Source: Elusimicrobia bacterium GWA2_62_23 (lineage in GTDB: Bacteria; Elusimicrobiota; Elusimicrobia; Elusimicrobiales; UBA9959). From it: a stretch of DNA of 64,000 nt. Every line of letters starts with the position of its first letter. Within the stretch, counting starts at the first letter, position 1. The stretch covers positions 65,309 through 129,308 of the forward strand of contig MGTV01000029.1 in NCBI GenBank assembly GCA_001799635.1, read 5' to 3'. The notes under the pieces were generated by a model. It was not told where the DNA came from. It did not search any database and was given only the letters and a program-made list of their open reading frames with translations. A program made the position numbers and the translations under genes. Shown here one piece after another: positions 62,996-64,000 of the stretch.

Positions 62996-64000
62996 ATGAA
63001 CGACAATCTGCCTGACATAAACTTTAAGGAAAAGAAAGAAAAGAAGGGGGGCGCTATCGGCTGGCTCAGGGGCCGCCTGGGCATGGGCTCGCGCGGAGCC
63101 ATGGGCGAAGCCGGCATAAGCCCTTCCGCTATGAACGTCGGCAGGACCGCCTTCGGCGCCGGCAAGTTCGGCGCTTCTTCCGGAATAGCGGGACTTCTGG
63201 CCGGCAAGGCCGGGGTCCTCGCTACCATAGCCGCGGTGGCGGTGGCCAGCGGCGTCTACCTGGCTAATAACGCGCCGGCGCCTTCAAGCAACAGCGCCTT
63301 CAATTCCGGCGGCAAGGTGGCGGATAACTACGTGCCCGCCATTCTGCGCAGTCAGGCGGCCAACCAGGGTTCCTCTCTCGACATGTTCAAGGACACCAAC
63401 AGGGGCGCCGGCCTGGCCATGGAGGAAGACCCTTCCAAGAAGGCCGCCAAACCGGCCGGGGACACGCCTGCTTCAGCCGAGGAGGAGGCCGCCCAGGAGC
63501 AGCCCGCTCCCGACCAGGGCAACATGGCCCAGGAGATGATGGGCAAGCTGCAGGGAGGGAACATAGGGGAACTGAGCACCTCCATGGGCGGCGGCTCCAA
63601 TAAGTTCTCGTCAATGGGCGGGTTTGGTAACAAGTTCAACCAGGGGCAGATGGGCGCCAAGACCGGCTTCACTTCGGGGATCGGTTCAGGTTTCCAGGGC
63701 ATGCCCAAGTTCGACGCGCGCAAAGCCAAGATGACGGCCATGAAACCCTCCGCCAAGCCGGTCTTTTCCAAGGCCGGGGCCGGCAAGAAAGGCAAGTTCG
63801 GCACCGGAGCCTTCGGCCAGGCCAAGGGGCTGAGGGCCACCCAGAAATCCTACACTGGTAACCAGACCGATAAATTATCCGGCACGCAGGACGCGGCCTG
63901 GACCGGGGCCACGCCCGACGGCAGCGTGGACGGCGGCGGCGGCCTCAGCGACGGCGGGGCGGGCATCATGAGCTCTCCTTCGCTCGATAACGCCGGCGGC
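62996..64000 (+). CDS. Membrane-anchored Gly/Ser-rich protein, paralogue P4, partial (runs off the window)
   Basis: It is not in the ORF track because there is no stop in the window. The ATG at 62996 follows an AGGGAGG SD. My translation is MNDNLPDINFKEKKEKKGGAIGW...AGKAGVLATIAAVAVASGVYL...SSLDMFKDT...GAFGQAKGL, closely paralleling P3. Confidence 0.65.
   Translation, partial: MNDNLPDINFKEKKEKKGGAIGWLRGRLGMGSRGAMGEAGISPSAMNVGRTAFGAGKFGASSGIAGLLAGKAGVLATIAAVAVASGVYLANNAPAPSSNSAFNSGGKVADNYVPAILRSQAANQGSSLDMFKDTNRGAGLAMEEDPSKKAAKPAGDTPASAEEEAAQEQPAPDQGNMAQEMMGKLQGGNIGELSTSMGGGSNKFSSMGGFGNKFNQGQMGAKTGFTSGIGSGFQGMPKFDARKAKMTAMKPSAKPVFSKAGAGKKGKFGTGAFGQAKGLRATQKSYTGNQTDKLSGTQDAAWTGATPDGSVDGGGGLSDGGAGIMSSPSLDNAGG

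Noticed and set aside
58168-64000. CRISPR array or regular tandem DNA repeats
   Set aside because: The repetitiveness here is imperfect coding low-complexity (Gly/Ser or Lys/Glu codons) without fixed-length direct repeats and spacers. No cas genes occur in the window.

Overview
High-GC, gene-dense bacterial chromosomal fragment. Sampled 60-nt lines are about two-thirds G+C. LPS-type genes suggest a diderm, and FprA, Fhs and several radical SAM enzymes suggest an anaerobic lifestyle. I recognised no rRNA, tRNA, CRISPR array, transposase or integrase. About 58 CDS are credible, and most other track ORFs are GC-rich shadow frames. Layout: (i) 1-26.1 kb is a large envelope-glycan locus. It holds a GT9 heptosyltransferase, two GT-C (ArnT/PMT-like) membrane transferases (one fused to a SAM methyltransferase), four polyprenyl-phosphate-type GT2 enzymes, a WbpB/WbpD/WbpE-like trio, a second DegT aminotransferase, AsnB, RmlD, a WecA/MraY-type initiating transferase, two L,D-transpeptidases and three B12-binding radical SAM enzymes translationally coupled to glycosyltransferases. 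A low-GC single-gene island sits inside it. (ii) 26-50 kb is mostly metabolism and transport: OsmC, GAF-HD-GYP, GlcDEF-like oxidase, tryptophanase-family lyase, patatin, TauE, DapL-like aminotransferase, a split TRAP/TatT transporter, Fhs, FGE-like protein, antiporter, MalQ and RidA. (iii) 50-64 kb looks accessory: a delta-60-repeat protein, an HTH regulator divergent from four unknown secreted proteins, MurC-like ligase, FprA and a secreted Lys/Glu/Arg-rich repeat protein. It ends in a tandem family of four membrane-anchored Gly/Ser-rich paralogues with no recognisable domains, which runs off the window end. The two best candidates for something undescribed are that paralogue array (58.7-64 kb) and the triple class-B radical SAM glycan operons (14-22 kb). 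Hairpin-forming intergenic repeat elements and homopolymeric G tracts are also noted. All calls rest on reading the translations and sequence by eye; no database search was run.
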